This document shows positions 44,603-54,374 of a stretch of 64,000 nt of DNA, one piece after another. The notes under the pieces are model-generated. The model saw only the letters and a list, made by a program, of their open reading frames with translations. It ran no database searches and was not told the DNA's origin. Location of the stretch: IMG/VR virus record IMGVR_UViG_3300009514_000888, positions 122,299 through 186,298 of that record, one strand, 5' to 3'. The first letter of the stretch is position 1. Each line of letters starts with the position of its first letter. A program made the translations under genes and the position numbers. The stretch is from a virus.

Positions 44603-44802
44603 TCAGGGCGGTATCGGATGTCGCGCGAGGAAGAAGTCCAATCAAGCCTGTGCCGCCCGAAGTCATAGAGTTCTATTTAGCGCGAGAGTTTCGCTGGACA
44701 CTAGACCATATACGGAGCATGAAACAGAAGGATGTGGATATTTTGCTGACCATGATAGGTATCTACAACAAGACCTCTAAACAAAGTATACCAGATCAAT
44801 AG
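44593..44802 (+). other. Programmed -1 frameshift site and T-domain extension of the tail chaperone
   Basis: GGAAAAAT at 44593-44600; -1 frame open for 67 codons (IIRAVSD...EVIEFYLAREFRWTLDHIRSMKQKDVDILL...) with no own start. Confidence 0.75.
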
Positions 44803-44809
44803 GAGATGA

Positions 44810-45217
44810 ATGATGGAAGGTTTGTTTATCAATCCAGAAGACGAAGTATCGGTAGAGGTGTTTGTGTCCCATGATAACACAGGCAATCTGCTGACGCATT
44901 ATACGAGAGAAGCATTGGTCGAAGAGCATGACGTTGACCCGGCATTGGTGGAGATGCATACGTTCGTATTCAGGCGTCCCTCTTTCAAAGATGCTGTCAA
45001 TGCTGTGGGAGATATGGCGACGAAGGATGGCATTAGCTTGTCTTTTAATCCTCTGGCCATAAGGTTTGCAAGAATCAAGAGCTTACTTAAGGATTGGTCC
45101 CTAAAAGACGGAGAAGGAAACAAGGTTCCCGTCACTGAACAGAATATAGAAAAACTCAATCCTGTGCTTGCTGATATGGTTGGAACACGACTGGACGATA
45201 TGATCGGGCAGTTCTAG
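44810..45217 (+). CDS. Second tail assembly chaperone-like paralogue
   Basis: RIKSLLKDWSL...KVPVTEQNIEKL parallels RIKQLLVDWDI...KVDVTVDAIDKL in 44147 gene. Confidence 0.6.
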   Translation: MMEGLFINPEDEVSVEVFVSHDNTGNLLTHYTREALVEEHDVDPALVEMHTFVFRRPSFKDAVNAVGDMATKDGISLSFNPLAIRFARIKSLLKDWSLKDGEGNKVPVTEQNIEKLNPVLADMVGTRLDDMIGQF

Positions 45218-45264
45218 GATATAGCATACATATCGAAGGCGAATCTGTCTATTGAGAAATATCC

Positions 45265-48200
45265 GTGGCTGATCCCATTACCTTACCCGACAATTTAGAG
45301 TCTAGAATTAAAATGGTCTTCGAGACTCAGGGTCTCGAAGCTGCTACTTCTCAGGTCAATAAAGTTAACGCTATGGTGCGCGAGCAATGGAAGTTGCTCG
45401 ATGATGATGAGAAGAAGTGGGAAAAGCTACAGAATGTCGTCAATGCATCCGTAAGCAGGATAAAGGGCAATATTGATCAGCTCAATGCGAGCTGGCAGAA
45501 TACGCAGAAGAAATTCCTGGATGGACTCAATAAGATCAACTCCCAGACAGGCGCTCTGACCAAAAGCTTCTTGGGCCTGGTCGCTGGCGGAGCTGGTTTT
45601 ACGAATATCATGAAAACCTCTCTGACGACGCTAGGCAAATATAACGATGCCCTGTCAGCCGCCTCCGGTCATTTTCGCAAGTATGGTATGGGGATGGCGG
45701 AAGTCGAGGCTCGCGCCAAGGGATTGAGCCGCGCTCTGCACTTGACAAGAATGGAAGTTTTGGAGTTCTTCCAGGCTTATGAACAGGGTTTCCGCGCTTT
45801 CTCTGGCAAAGAATTCGAGAATTTGATGACAAACATTCAGCGAGCGATTGGGCTGAATGTCAAAGAACAAGGGGCTATGCTCAAACAGCTCGGCTCCCTG
45901 GTTCAGAAAGTCCCTGAATTAGAACAAGCCATCACCAGTCTCGATACGGCTAGTCGCAAGCGAGTGGATGGCATGGTCCGCATGATGTTCACAATGGGCG
46001 AAATTAATGCGTCTGAATATAAGGCATATCAAACTTACATTCGAAACAATCGCGTTATTACAGCGGAAGAAAAGGCCAGGAATGCCGAGATCAAGAATCA
46101 GCAAAGATCATTCCAAGAGATGCGTCAGCACTTGGAACGCTTTGCTTTGGCGTTTGGGCGGTCCCTGATGCCAGTTGTTCAGAAGTTTACTGCTTGGCTC
46201 GATGATAATTCAGACAAGGTAGCTAGATTCTTCGGCAAGATGTCGAGCCTGATACAGTCCGCAATATCAGGATGGGATAAATGGAAAAATGTCATCTTGG
46301 CTGTTGGCACAGCGCTATTGGCGTTGAAAGCTGGCGCGATGATTATACGGCCCATTATGGGCGCAATGGCGTTTATCGGGGCTTCTGGCGCTATCGCTCG
46401 CGCAGGCGGACTGGCGGCAGGGGCGGCCGGGGCCGCCGGTGGTGGCGCTGGTTGGATGAATCTCGGCGCAGTAGGCATGATGGGAAAGAAAGGCACCAGA
46501 TGGAGTGGAACTAAGCTTGCTGGCGGCGCGTTGGCCAGAGGCGGGGGACTGGCAGTTGGCTCTTTGCTCGCTGGCAGCGTAGCTTCATCTATGAAAGAAT
46601 CTGGCATGACACGATCTGGGTCGGCTGTCGGATTGGGCGGCAATCTTCTGGGGGTAGGTAGCGGCATGATGATGGGATCAATGTTTGGTCCTATTGGCAC
46701 GGCAATTGGAGGAATCGTCGGCGGACTCGTTCAGATTCCGTCGATCATCGATAACATCTCTGGATTGCTGGGAAATTCTACTGATGAAATGCGCAAGCAG
46801 GTGGAGGCCCAGAAAAAAGTATCCAGAGAAATACAAACCATGATGGATGACTTCCGTCAGTCTGAGTCTGTCAATGACCTGGTAGAAGCTGATATTGACA
46901 AGCGACAACAAATGCAGCGCATTGAGCAAGGGCGTCAAGCCGGACTCAAGACAGCTTTCGACCCACAGGCATTCTCGGATGTTAGGAAAAAAGCCTTAAG
47001 CAGCGATGCTGGACTGTCTAAGGCGATTGAGCAGCAAGAAGAGTACCTCAAGAACCAGGAGCTGTTATCTTATAGCTTTGCGGGTCGAGAACTGACATTT
47101 GGGTTTGATGAACGCAGTATATCTGAGTTGGGAAAAGAAGCTATAAGAGTCAAGAATCTTAGGGATAGCATATCTGCTAAGCTCAGCGAGCTGGGCGACG
47201 GTGGAGACCAGAAGGCTATATCTCAGCACAAAGCAGACCTTAATGCGTTGGACAAGATTCTCGGCAAGATGACAACTGCCATCTCCAGTTACAAAGATAA
47301 TCACAAGAAGGTGCAGCAGGACTTCGAGAGAGCTTCCGGTATCAGTATCGAAGCCATGAAAGAAGAAAACGATGTCTTGACCTCACAGTTCCAGACAGCG
47401 GTTATGGCGCGCCAGCAGAGGGCAAAATATGCCCAGGCCGAAGCCTCTTTGACCCAGGCGCAGATTGGGTTGTTCAAAGAGCGGCTAGAGTTACTTAGCA
47501 TGACTGGTAATGTTAGTCAAGACAACTTGGTTCAATCGTATGAGAAAATTACTGCTGACCTTGACCGGCAGGTTTCATTTGAGAAAGAACGCTTGGATAT
47601 ACTGAGGCAGGATTTGGCTATTTTCCAGGATTCTTCCAAATGGACAGAAGAAGAAAGGAAAATGCAAAAGGAGACTAACTTTATGACAATTCAAGAACGC
47701 AAGGTTCTTGAAGATATCAATAACATAGAAGCAAGCATTGTGTCTAAAACAAAGATTAAAGCGCAACTGGCCATAGAGGTAGGCAATGCATATAAGCATC
47801 AGCTGGGCTTGTTATCTCAACAGTCATCTCTGGTTAAAGGGCTGATTGACCTGATGGATAATTTTGCCATCGGAGTAGGCGCTAGTGCAGAGATGAGAGT
47901 CCAAGCGGTCGGCGCTATTGAACGAGAAGTGCAGACCATGCAACAGCAGAGTGAGTTGCAGAAGCGCATGATTGCGACAGCCGAGAAAGACTTCAATAAT
48001 CTCGTTAAGCGCAATGATGTAAGTGCCAAGGGTATTAAGGACAGAGAGAACGCAGAGCATCGTTTGCTTAACCTGCGTGAGCAACAGGTCAAAACGGAAG
48101 TTGATATCATCAATAAGAAGAAAGAACAGGCTCAGCTGACTAGACAACTTAGGGATGGATGGATCAGCGCAATGGGCGCGATGAATACTGGCGCTGGCAT

Positions 48201-50628
48201 GTTCACCAAGATTGTTATTGATCAACAGAAGAATCTTGAATCGGCCCTTCAGATGGGCGCTGTCGTGTCTAGCGTCAGCGGCTCTCTGAAGGGGGGTTAT
48301 ACCAAGGGCGATCAATTCTCGGCGCAAGCTCCCGGCGTTATTGATAAAGCGCAGGGCGGAGTTCGTGGGGGTACTTATGCCTACGAAACAACTCTGGGGA
48401 ACGATCCGTATGATGTAGAGGATACGATGAGACAGGGCTTGTACGGAGATGCCGCATCAGCCATGAATCTGCAACTTGACCGTTGGAGGGGCAGAGGCAG
48501 GGGTAGCAGCATGGCCGGTTTGGCAGTGGCTCAGAATCCATATTATCAGGGGTCTTTTCTTGCTCAGAGAGGAAACTTCGTTGTCGGCTCTCATCGCGCT
48601 GTTGACGGTTTGGTGCCTGGTATGGGGATAAATGTTCAGACAGGTCGTTACGAGAAGCGAGACAACGAAGGCGGGACTAGCGCTGGCGCAGAGAGGCAGA
48701 CGGTTGACATTCTTGATTCTGAAACAGTTATGAAAAAGAAGAGCATGGCAACCATGTTCCAGGATATTAGAAGAAAAGCTGGCGACGGCGAAGGATTCGA
48801 TAGAGTTATTCGAGAGATCAAAAAGTCTAATGAATTCCTGGAGGACTTACTCCAGTGTTGCAAGACAGGTGGACAAGGGTCTGTCGCTACTACTAGCGCA
48901 GAGCATGTGAAGGCGTTGGCGACGGCAATGGCGGTGATACCGGCGCTGACGGAGGATGAGAAATCCGCTATTGATAGCACCAATCGAATTGAAGCAACAA
49001 TAATAGAAAAAGTCAAGCAGGCATCATCCGATCAGTCCGTGGCTCCGGGGACTGGGATGGCAGGTAGAGATATTTCTGTTCCTGTCAGGCATAGTGCTTT
49101 GTCTGAAACTCTTGAGGCATTTAAGGAGCTTGGCAGAGAGTATGCAGGCAAAGAAACATTTAAGGATATTGGGGAAATTAAGAAATCTTTATCCGAAATG
49201 TCGGTTATAAAAGAGCATTTCTCATGGAGACTAGATAGAAGATCAGATGTCAAGGAAGATATTAAGGGGTTAGAGCCTGTCGCTGCCAAATTCAAATCTC
49301 AGGCAGACTTGTATGCTCTTAGAGAAAGAGATACGCAAAGAAGACTAGATGATGTGGAATCTTTCTCTGGGAAATTAAAATACGGCATTCTTGGATCGCA
49401 GCGTAGTGCCGCTGTGCTTAGGGAAGGCAGGGATGTTGAAAGAAGTCAGAAAGAATTACATCAAAAACATTTAGAAAAAGTTAATGATAGCTTGGGCATA
49501 TTGTACAGAGAACTAGACTCATTATCTGGATCGGCAGGAGCATTAGTAGAAATAGAGGCCAGAGAGAAAGACCTCCGCAGAGCTTTGTCGAGAGAGCTGA
49601 ATAAGGAAAGAGCGCAAGGTGTCAAGGACTTTGTATCGGATATGGTAGTCGCAGGCAATGGATTGATCAATGCATATAATCAGCAAAAAGATATTCTCAG
49701 TAGAAGAGCGCAAGCCGAAGATGACTTGGTTAGTGATTTAATGCAGTCCAGAAGAGATATGGAAATGTTTAGATCGCCAGGCACGATGAGTAGAGATGCT
49801 TTCAGGGTGGAGCAGGAGATGTCTCAAACGTTATCTGAATCTTCTCCTGCTGTTCAGCACAAATACGAAGCCGCCTTGGCTGCCAGAGAAGAGCGCAAAA
49901 CCAAGGCTATGATCGAGCAAATGCATAAGCTTGATGAAATGATAGGAATGCATGCCAGGGGTAGCCAGGGAGGGCTGGACGCTGCTAATCTCGATCAGGC
50001 AGAGATCAATAATGCCAAGGTGAAAGAGTTGCTTGGAGAACGAGGGGCTATCAAGGCGGCTCTGGAGAAACGCGGAGCGCTTACGCCCTATCTCCGAGAA
50101 AAAGGCGTTCGTAGTTCAGAAAGAGCAGCATCGTCCGCTGGTCATCGCGCAGAACAAGACTTGGCCCTACGGGCATCTCAAGGGGACTTGGATGCCAGGA
50201 ATACGCTATATGATCGTTGGGCCGCAAAAATATCTGACCCGACAGCGGAGATGTCCAATGTGCGGGAGCAACAGAAAATGTTGCGAGGAATGGCTGGTGG
50301 AACTCCTGAGCAAAGGGAAAGAGCGAATCGTCAGCTGGATATCCTGATGCACAAAGAAGGCGCTTTGTCCACCATGACTGTGCCGTCATCTCCAACGATT
50401 GTGCCAGGAGGGTTGTCCTCCACCGGCGGCGGAACAGTCGTTAATGTGCAAGTCGCTAGCCTTGATATTAGCCAACTCTCCAAGATTCCTAGTATGGTTA
50501 TTAATGCAGTTGGACGCCAACGGAATGCTCTTCCATCCGGTAAGGAAATTTTACATGGCGGAACCGATGTAAACGGTATGTCCAATGGCATAGGCGGAAC
50601 ATTCTCAGGCGTCCACGCCAATGTATAG
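45265..50628 (+). CDS. Tape measure protein (1787 aa)
   Basis: Long helical/coiled-coil ORF after the chaperone; Gly/Ala-rich hydrophobic segment GSMFGPIGTAIGGIVGGL. Confidence 0.88.
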   Translation: MADPITLPDNLESRIKMVFETQGLEAATSQVNKVNAMVREQWKLLDDDEKKWEKLQNVVNASVSRIKGNIDQLNASWQNTQKKFLDGLNKINSQTGALTKSFLGLVAGGAGFTNIMKTSLTTLGKYNDALSAASGHFRKYGMGMAEVEARAKGLSRALHLTRMEVLEFFQAYEQGFRAFSGKEFENLMTNIQRAIGLNVKEQGAMLKQLGSLVQKVPELEQAITSLDTASRKRVDGMVRMMFTMGEINASEYKAYQTYIRNNRVITAEEKARNAEIKNQQRSFQEMRQHLERFALAFGRSLMPVVQKFTAWLDDNSDKVARFFGKMSSLIQSAISGWDKWKNVILAVGTALLALKAGAMIIRPIMGAMAFIGASGAIARAGGLAAGAAGAAGGGAGWMNLGAVGMMGKKGTRWSGTKLAGGALARGGGLAVGSLLAGSVASSMKESGMTRSGSAVGLGGNLLGVGSGMMMGSMFGPIGTAIGGIVGGLVQIPSIIDNISGLLGNSTDEMRKQVEAQKKVSREIQTMMDDFRQSESVNDLVEADIDKRQQMQRIEQGRQAGLKTAFDPQAFSDVRKKALSSDAGLSKAIEQQEEYLKNQELLSYSFAGRELTFGFDERSISELGKEAIRVKNLRDSISAKLSELGDGGDQKAISQHKADLNALDKILGKMTTAISSYKDNHKKVQQDFERASGISIEAMKEENDVLTSQFQTAVMARQQRAKYAQAEASLTQAQIGLFKERLELLSMTGNVSQDNLVQSYEKITADLDRQVSFEKERLDILRQDLAIFQDSSKWTEEERKMQKETNFMTIQERKVLEDINNIEASIVSKTKIKAQLAIEVGNAYKHQLGLLSQQSSLVKGLIDLMDNFAIGVGASAEMRVQAVGAIEREVQTMQQQSELQKRMIATAEKDFNNLVKRNDVSAKGIKDRENAEHRLLNLREQQVKTEVDIINKKKEQAQLTRQLRDGWISAMGAMNTGAGMFTKIVIDQQKNLESALQMGAVVSSVSGSLKGGYTKGDQFSAQAPGVIDKAQGGVRGGTYAYETTLGNDPYDVEDTMRQGLYGDAASAMNLQLDRWRGRGRGSSMAGLAVAQNPYYQGSFLAQRGNFVVGSHRAVDGLVPGMGINVQTGRYEKRDNEGGTSAGAERQTVDILDSETVMKKKSMATMFQDIRRKAGDGEGFDRVIREIKKSNEFLEDLLQCCKTGGQGSVATTSAEHVKALATAMAVIPALTEDEKSAIDSTNRIEATIIEKVKQASSDQSVAPGTGMAGRDISVPVRHSALSETLEAFKELGREYAGKETFKDIGEIKKSLSEMSVIKEHFSWRLDRRSDVKEDIKGLEPVAAKFKSQADLYALRERDTQRRLDDVESFSGKLKYGILGSQRSAAVLREGRDVERSQKELHQKHLEKVNDSLGILYRELDSLSGSAGALVEIEAREKDLRRALSRELNKERAQGVKDFVSDMVVAGNGLINAYNQQKDILSRRAQAEDDLVSDLMQSRRDMEMFRSPGTMSRDAFRVEQEMSQTLSESSPAVQHKYEAALAAREERKTKAMIEQMHKLDEMIGMHARGSQGGLDAANLDQAEINNAKVKELLGERGAIKAALEKRGALTPYLREKGVRSSERAASSAGHRAEQDLALRASQGDLDARNTLYDRWAAKISDPTAEMSNVREQQKMLRGMAGGTPEQRERANRQLDILMHKEGALSTMTVPSSPTIVPGGLSSTGGGTVVNVQVASLDISQLSKIPSMVINAVGRQRNALPSGKEILHGGTDVNGMSNGIGGTFSGVHANV

Positions 50629-50635
50629 GTAAATT

Positions 50636-53600
50636 ATGGCGACCTGCGATCCTGATGGATTCCCAGCGTTTAACCCATCCGATCTTGTCTCTCACGGCGT
50701 AATCTTCCCAAGTCTGATCCGGACACACCCCGCCGGGACTAGCGTTGCAGAGAGACCAGGACAAACTATCCTTACGCTCGATGACGGGACCATCCAAGAA
50801 ACGCGAAAACTCCTGCCAGCACGATCTGTCCAGGTCGAAATGCTATTTCGCAAACCGTTCTCTGGCAGTAATCTAAGCCTGACACAATTCGGCAGACAAA
50901 GCGGCCGCGATATCGGCGGGCTGGGAATTCTTGGGGGAGGCACAGGGGCGCTTGGACTAACTTTCGCAGCGACTACGCTCATCGGAGGAGTTACCAGAAG
51001 CGTGTCCTCTTTCGTCTTCCATCTGGTAGACGGGGAAACCCTGATCAATTTTCCGATTCAACTAACGGCAGGAATGCTGGCCGATGCGGAAATAGAGCTA
51101 ACAGGTTTCGTGATGACTGTCTTCGGGTTGTTCGATGATAAAGCAGACTTTACCGAGGAACAGCTGTCTCGGCTCGGGCTAAAAACCCCCTTTATAAGCG
51201 GCTTCCAGGGTCCAAGCGACCAGTTTGTGGGCGTTGTCACCCTTCCGCCAGGTAATCGTTTTGTCAGACTAGTCCGAGATACTCGCAAAGACCGCTATAG
51301 AGCAGATAGCGACGTAGCCGCTCCGCATGCCTTCTTCACGAATCCTGCTGCTTTCAATGATCTAACAGATAACAAGATATCATTTGACACATCAGGCTTG
51401 AAGGAAGGCGATACGCTGTATCTGACTGCGGCTCTTGTGTCAGAGCGGCATCTAAGACAAGCAGTAGATCACAGGGCGACGCTCTTTGAGGGCGCAAATC
51501 GAGTCGGCGTGACGCTGGAAACGGTTGCCCTGGGAGAGGTCCATAGCGGCGCTTGGAACTTCAGTATTCAGAAATGGCGCGTTCCCTGCGACCCCAGCAG
51601 CTCTGGGACTGTATCTATTTCGGATACTTTCGATACCAATGCGCCAGAGAATAACAATGATGCTTGTTCGACGGAAACGTGGGACTTCATCGAAGGCTGG
51701 AGGATTGCGGAGTCTGTGGCCAAGGAAGTCCCCGAGTTTTTTGCTGCTGATAGCAGGGGCATCGTCAAGGTCACGCCGTCAGGTTCGCAGATACTATTTC
51801 CCAGAGGGAGTATCAATGATCAGCCCTGGTTCGATGCTTTTTTGAATGATAGTGGATACGGCAACCGGACAATTGCCAACAGTAGTAATGAGATCGACTT
51901 TGCGGGTGCGCTGTTCGATGTTAGCGAGCATGTGAACTCTCTGCTGTTTGATCAGCAAAAGATTCCATACCAAAGAGATTTCGCATTGGCGCTCCAATCG
52001 GTCAGCAAATTCGATCCAGATATCACAGGCACGGGTATCGGTATCATCAGCCTAGACCTGGTAAATAATGGCGTCACTGTAGAGGTTGACAAGGCAGACC
52101 TATCAACCTCCGCGTTTCAGCCATCGGGGCAGAAGTCCATCTTCCCATCTGGATATTCAACGACACAATGCGGAGGATTTAATGCTGCCGAAGTTGTCGA
52201 TCCACGGAGTCAGGTAGGATCAAATATCATCAACATTCTTGGGTATGGAGAGCCTCCCGACTTGTTCTCTGATTGGATATTCCGGACTCCGTTTATAGAT
52301 GGAACATATGGGCGCAAAACTAGGGTATATTTCGAACGGCACACAGAAGACGTTGCGATTATATCCAAAGAGACTGATCGCGTATTCGTCAGCACCATTC
52401 CCTCTATTGACTCCAGCATCTCAGTCGATACGAACCTGAAACATAGAAAAGCATTCGCATCGTTCGATGATCCAGGTTTCGCATCTCTGGCTTTTCATCA
52501 CCTGGACGAAGGCTCTACCAATAAGAAATTGGATGAACTCGAGATTGATACCACCAAGAATCATAATCGTGGGCAATTCGACCATAACGAGTTTCGATAC
52601 GTAGGATATGGCCCGCTGCTGGCCGGAGACCCGTCCACCTATTCAAATGGCATTGCGATATCCAGAGAGTGGCTGGAAATATGCGAAGAACGTATCAGTC
52701 CCGCTGATTTGTTCAAGGATGTGAACTTATCTTTCAGCGTTGAAACCGAGGGAAATATCACCGTCAACCTGGACAGAGACAAAGCTTATAGGCAGATCGT
52801 CGTTGAATATAACTCTGGTTTTGGTTTTGCAAATCTGACAGATGTAGGGCATTTGATATCCTTTGAGTTCGAAGGAAGCGGTCAGGTGATCTCAAACATT
52901 GCCATTCCACTCCGACGAGGCACCGTCCCCGCCCCTGTCGTGTCGGGCAATATTGCTGAGGTTGCGGCGTCTGCCGTGTCTGCCGCGACTCAGGTCGTTG
53001 GCGTATTGGCGAAAAATGTGACTGGAGAATTCGCGATCTCGGTGGATGCCAGATATTACTCAGGGACAAGGTTAAGGATCAGGGGGGATGCTCTGTCTCA
53101 TGTGCAGGTTCTTCGCATATCGGCTACGGAGTCTCCCAAGACGGCTATTGAACCCTTGCTGGTGGCTGGCAGGCAGACATCGACGATCATCGATGATTTG
53201 ATGCAGATATTCGTGTTCTATACAGATGATAACTCAAATAACATTTCCTGCGCCATGTCTCCGGACTTGGGTCATAGTTGGATCAGGCATACAGATATTA
53301 TTCGACTCAAGAAAGGGGAGAGAGCAGACACGCCATATATAATCAAGAACAAGGACAGGACCAGATTCCATCTTCTTTACCGTCTCAATGATACATTTTT
53401 GATGATGAAGAAACTGAATCCCCATTGGTTCGTCTGCCAAGACTCTGATGTCGAGTACGAGTCTCCAACTGAGCTGAATGATACCACAGATGATTTGCTG
53501 GGATTAGAAAAATATGAACCAGGGGGACAGCAGATTCGACTGGAACCCAGTTATTTTGTGTGCGGTGACAAAAACGATACGTTTTTTGAGAAAGAGTCCG

Positions 53601-54373
53601 AGATTACTGCAAAGAGAATTAAAAACGATCTGGCTCCTAGGTTTGTTATGTCTGGCGATCCTGATACGCTGACAGATTCTTTTGTGGACGCCAGTTATGC
53701 GGCATTTACAGATGGCATCGGCAATTTTCGTCTTTTCTATGTGCTGAATGATGGCAAGTTTTACATGAAGGTCAGCCCCGATGGGTTGGAATGGATTCCC
53801 CAGGTATCGGGCGTGACGTTGCATCGGAACTTCACAGACGAGGTAGATGAAGATACCTCTACTGAAATTAAAAACATACAAGTTATCTTTGACGAGAAGG
53901 GAGACAAGGTATATACATTGTACTTTAATCAAGGCAGCCTCTTCCTTCGCGTATTTGATGGACTAAAACTATATAGCCGCAATGGATCGCCTGATGCTTC
54001 TAGCAATATTGGGCCTATTGCCCAGAACGTCGTCGATCACCTGTCCATAGATGCACAATCCGCAAATAAGCCGATCTTTTTAGTGGGGCAGATGGAATCG
54101 AAGCTGGCCGAGAGAATCAAACAAGAGCGCACCGGAAATCTGACTACCCCCGATCCTAATAATCCCCTGGAAGTGCTTGTCTCTTATCAGTATCCCATAG
54201 ACATCATTGATACATTTGACGCTAATTTTGCTGTTGAAGAAGCCGTCAAACCAGCGGGGTGGTTTACGGCCAAAGGCTTTGCCAGAGTTCTCTATAAATC
54301 CACCGATGATGTCTTGTTTGGACTGACGATCAATGGGGACGCTCCAAAATTGGATGCGCATTTAAGAATCTAG
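50636..54373 (+). CDS. Tail tip/baseplate-associated protein (1245 aa) with Asp-box motifs
   Basis: Immediately after tape measure gene; SPDLGHSW and SPDGLEW BNR/Asp-box-like motifs. Confidence 0.55.
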   Translation: MATCDPDGFPAFNPSDLVSHGVIFPSLIRTHPAGTSVAERPGQTILTLDDGTIQETRKLLPARSVQVEMLFRKPFSGSNLSLTQFGRQSGRDIGGLGILGGGTGALGLTFAATTLIGGVTRSVSSFVFHLVDGETLINFPIQLTAGMLADAEIELTGFVMTVFGLFDDKADFTEEQLSRLGLKTPFISGFQGPSDQFVGVVTLPPGNRFVRLVRDTRKDRYRADSDVAAPHAFFTNPAAFNDLTDNKISFDTSGLKEGDTLYLTAALVSERHLRQAVDHRATLFEGANRVGVTLETVALGEVHSGAWNFSIQKWRVPCDPSSSGTVSISDTFDTNAPENNNDACSTETWDFIEGWRIAESVAKEVPEFFAADSRGIVKVTPSGSQILFPRGSINDQPWFDAFLNDSGYGNRTIANSSNEIDFAGALFDVSEHVNSLLFDQQKIPYQRDFALALQSVSKFDPDITGTGIGIISLDLVNNGVTVEVDKADLSTSAFQPSGQKSIFPSGYSTTQCGGFNAAEVVDPRSQVGSNIINILGYGEPPDLFSDWIFRTPFIDGTYGRKTRVYFERHTEDVAIISKETDRVFVSTIPSIDSSISVDTNLKHRKAFASFDDPGFASLAFHHLDEGSTNKKLDELEIDTTKNHNRGQFDHNEFRYVGYGPLLAGDPSTYSNGIAISREWLEICEERISPADLFKDVNLSFSVETEGNITVNLDRDKAYRQIVVEYNSGFGFANLTDVGHLISFEFEGSGQVISNIAIPLRRGTVPAPVVSGNIAEVAASAVSAATQVVGVLAKNVTGEFAISVDARYYSGTRLRIRGDALSHVQVLRISATESPKTAIEPLLVAGRQTSTIIDDLMQIFVFYTDDNSNNISCAMSPDLGHSWIRHTDIIRLKKGERADTPYIIKNKDRTRFHLLYRLNDTFLMMKKLNPHWFVCQDSDVEYESPTELNDTTDDLLGLEKYEPGGQQIRLEPSYFVCGDKNDTFFEKESEITAKRIKNDLAPRFVMSGDPDTLTDSFVDASYAAFTDGIGNFRLFYVLNDGKFYMKVSPDGLEWIPQVSGVTLHRNFTDEVDEDTSTEIKNIQVIFDEKGDKVYTLYFNQGSLFLRVFDGLKLYSRNGSPDASSNIGPIAQNVVDHLSIDAQSANKPIFLVGQMESKLAERIKQERTGNLTTPDPNNPLEVLVSYQYPIDIIDTFDANFAVEEAVKPAGWFTAKGFARVLYKSTDDVLFGLTINGDAPKLDAHLRI

Positions 54374-54374
54374 A

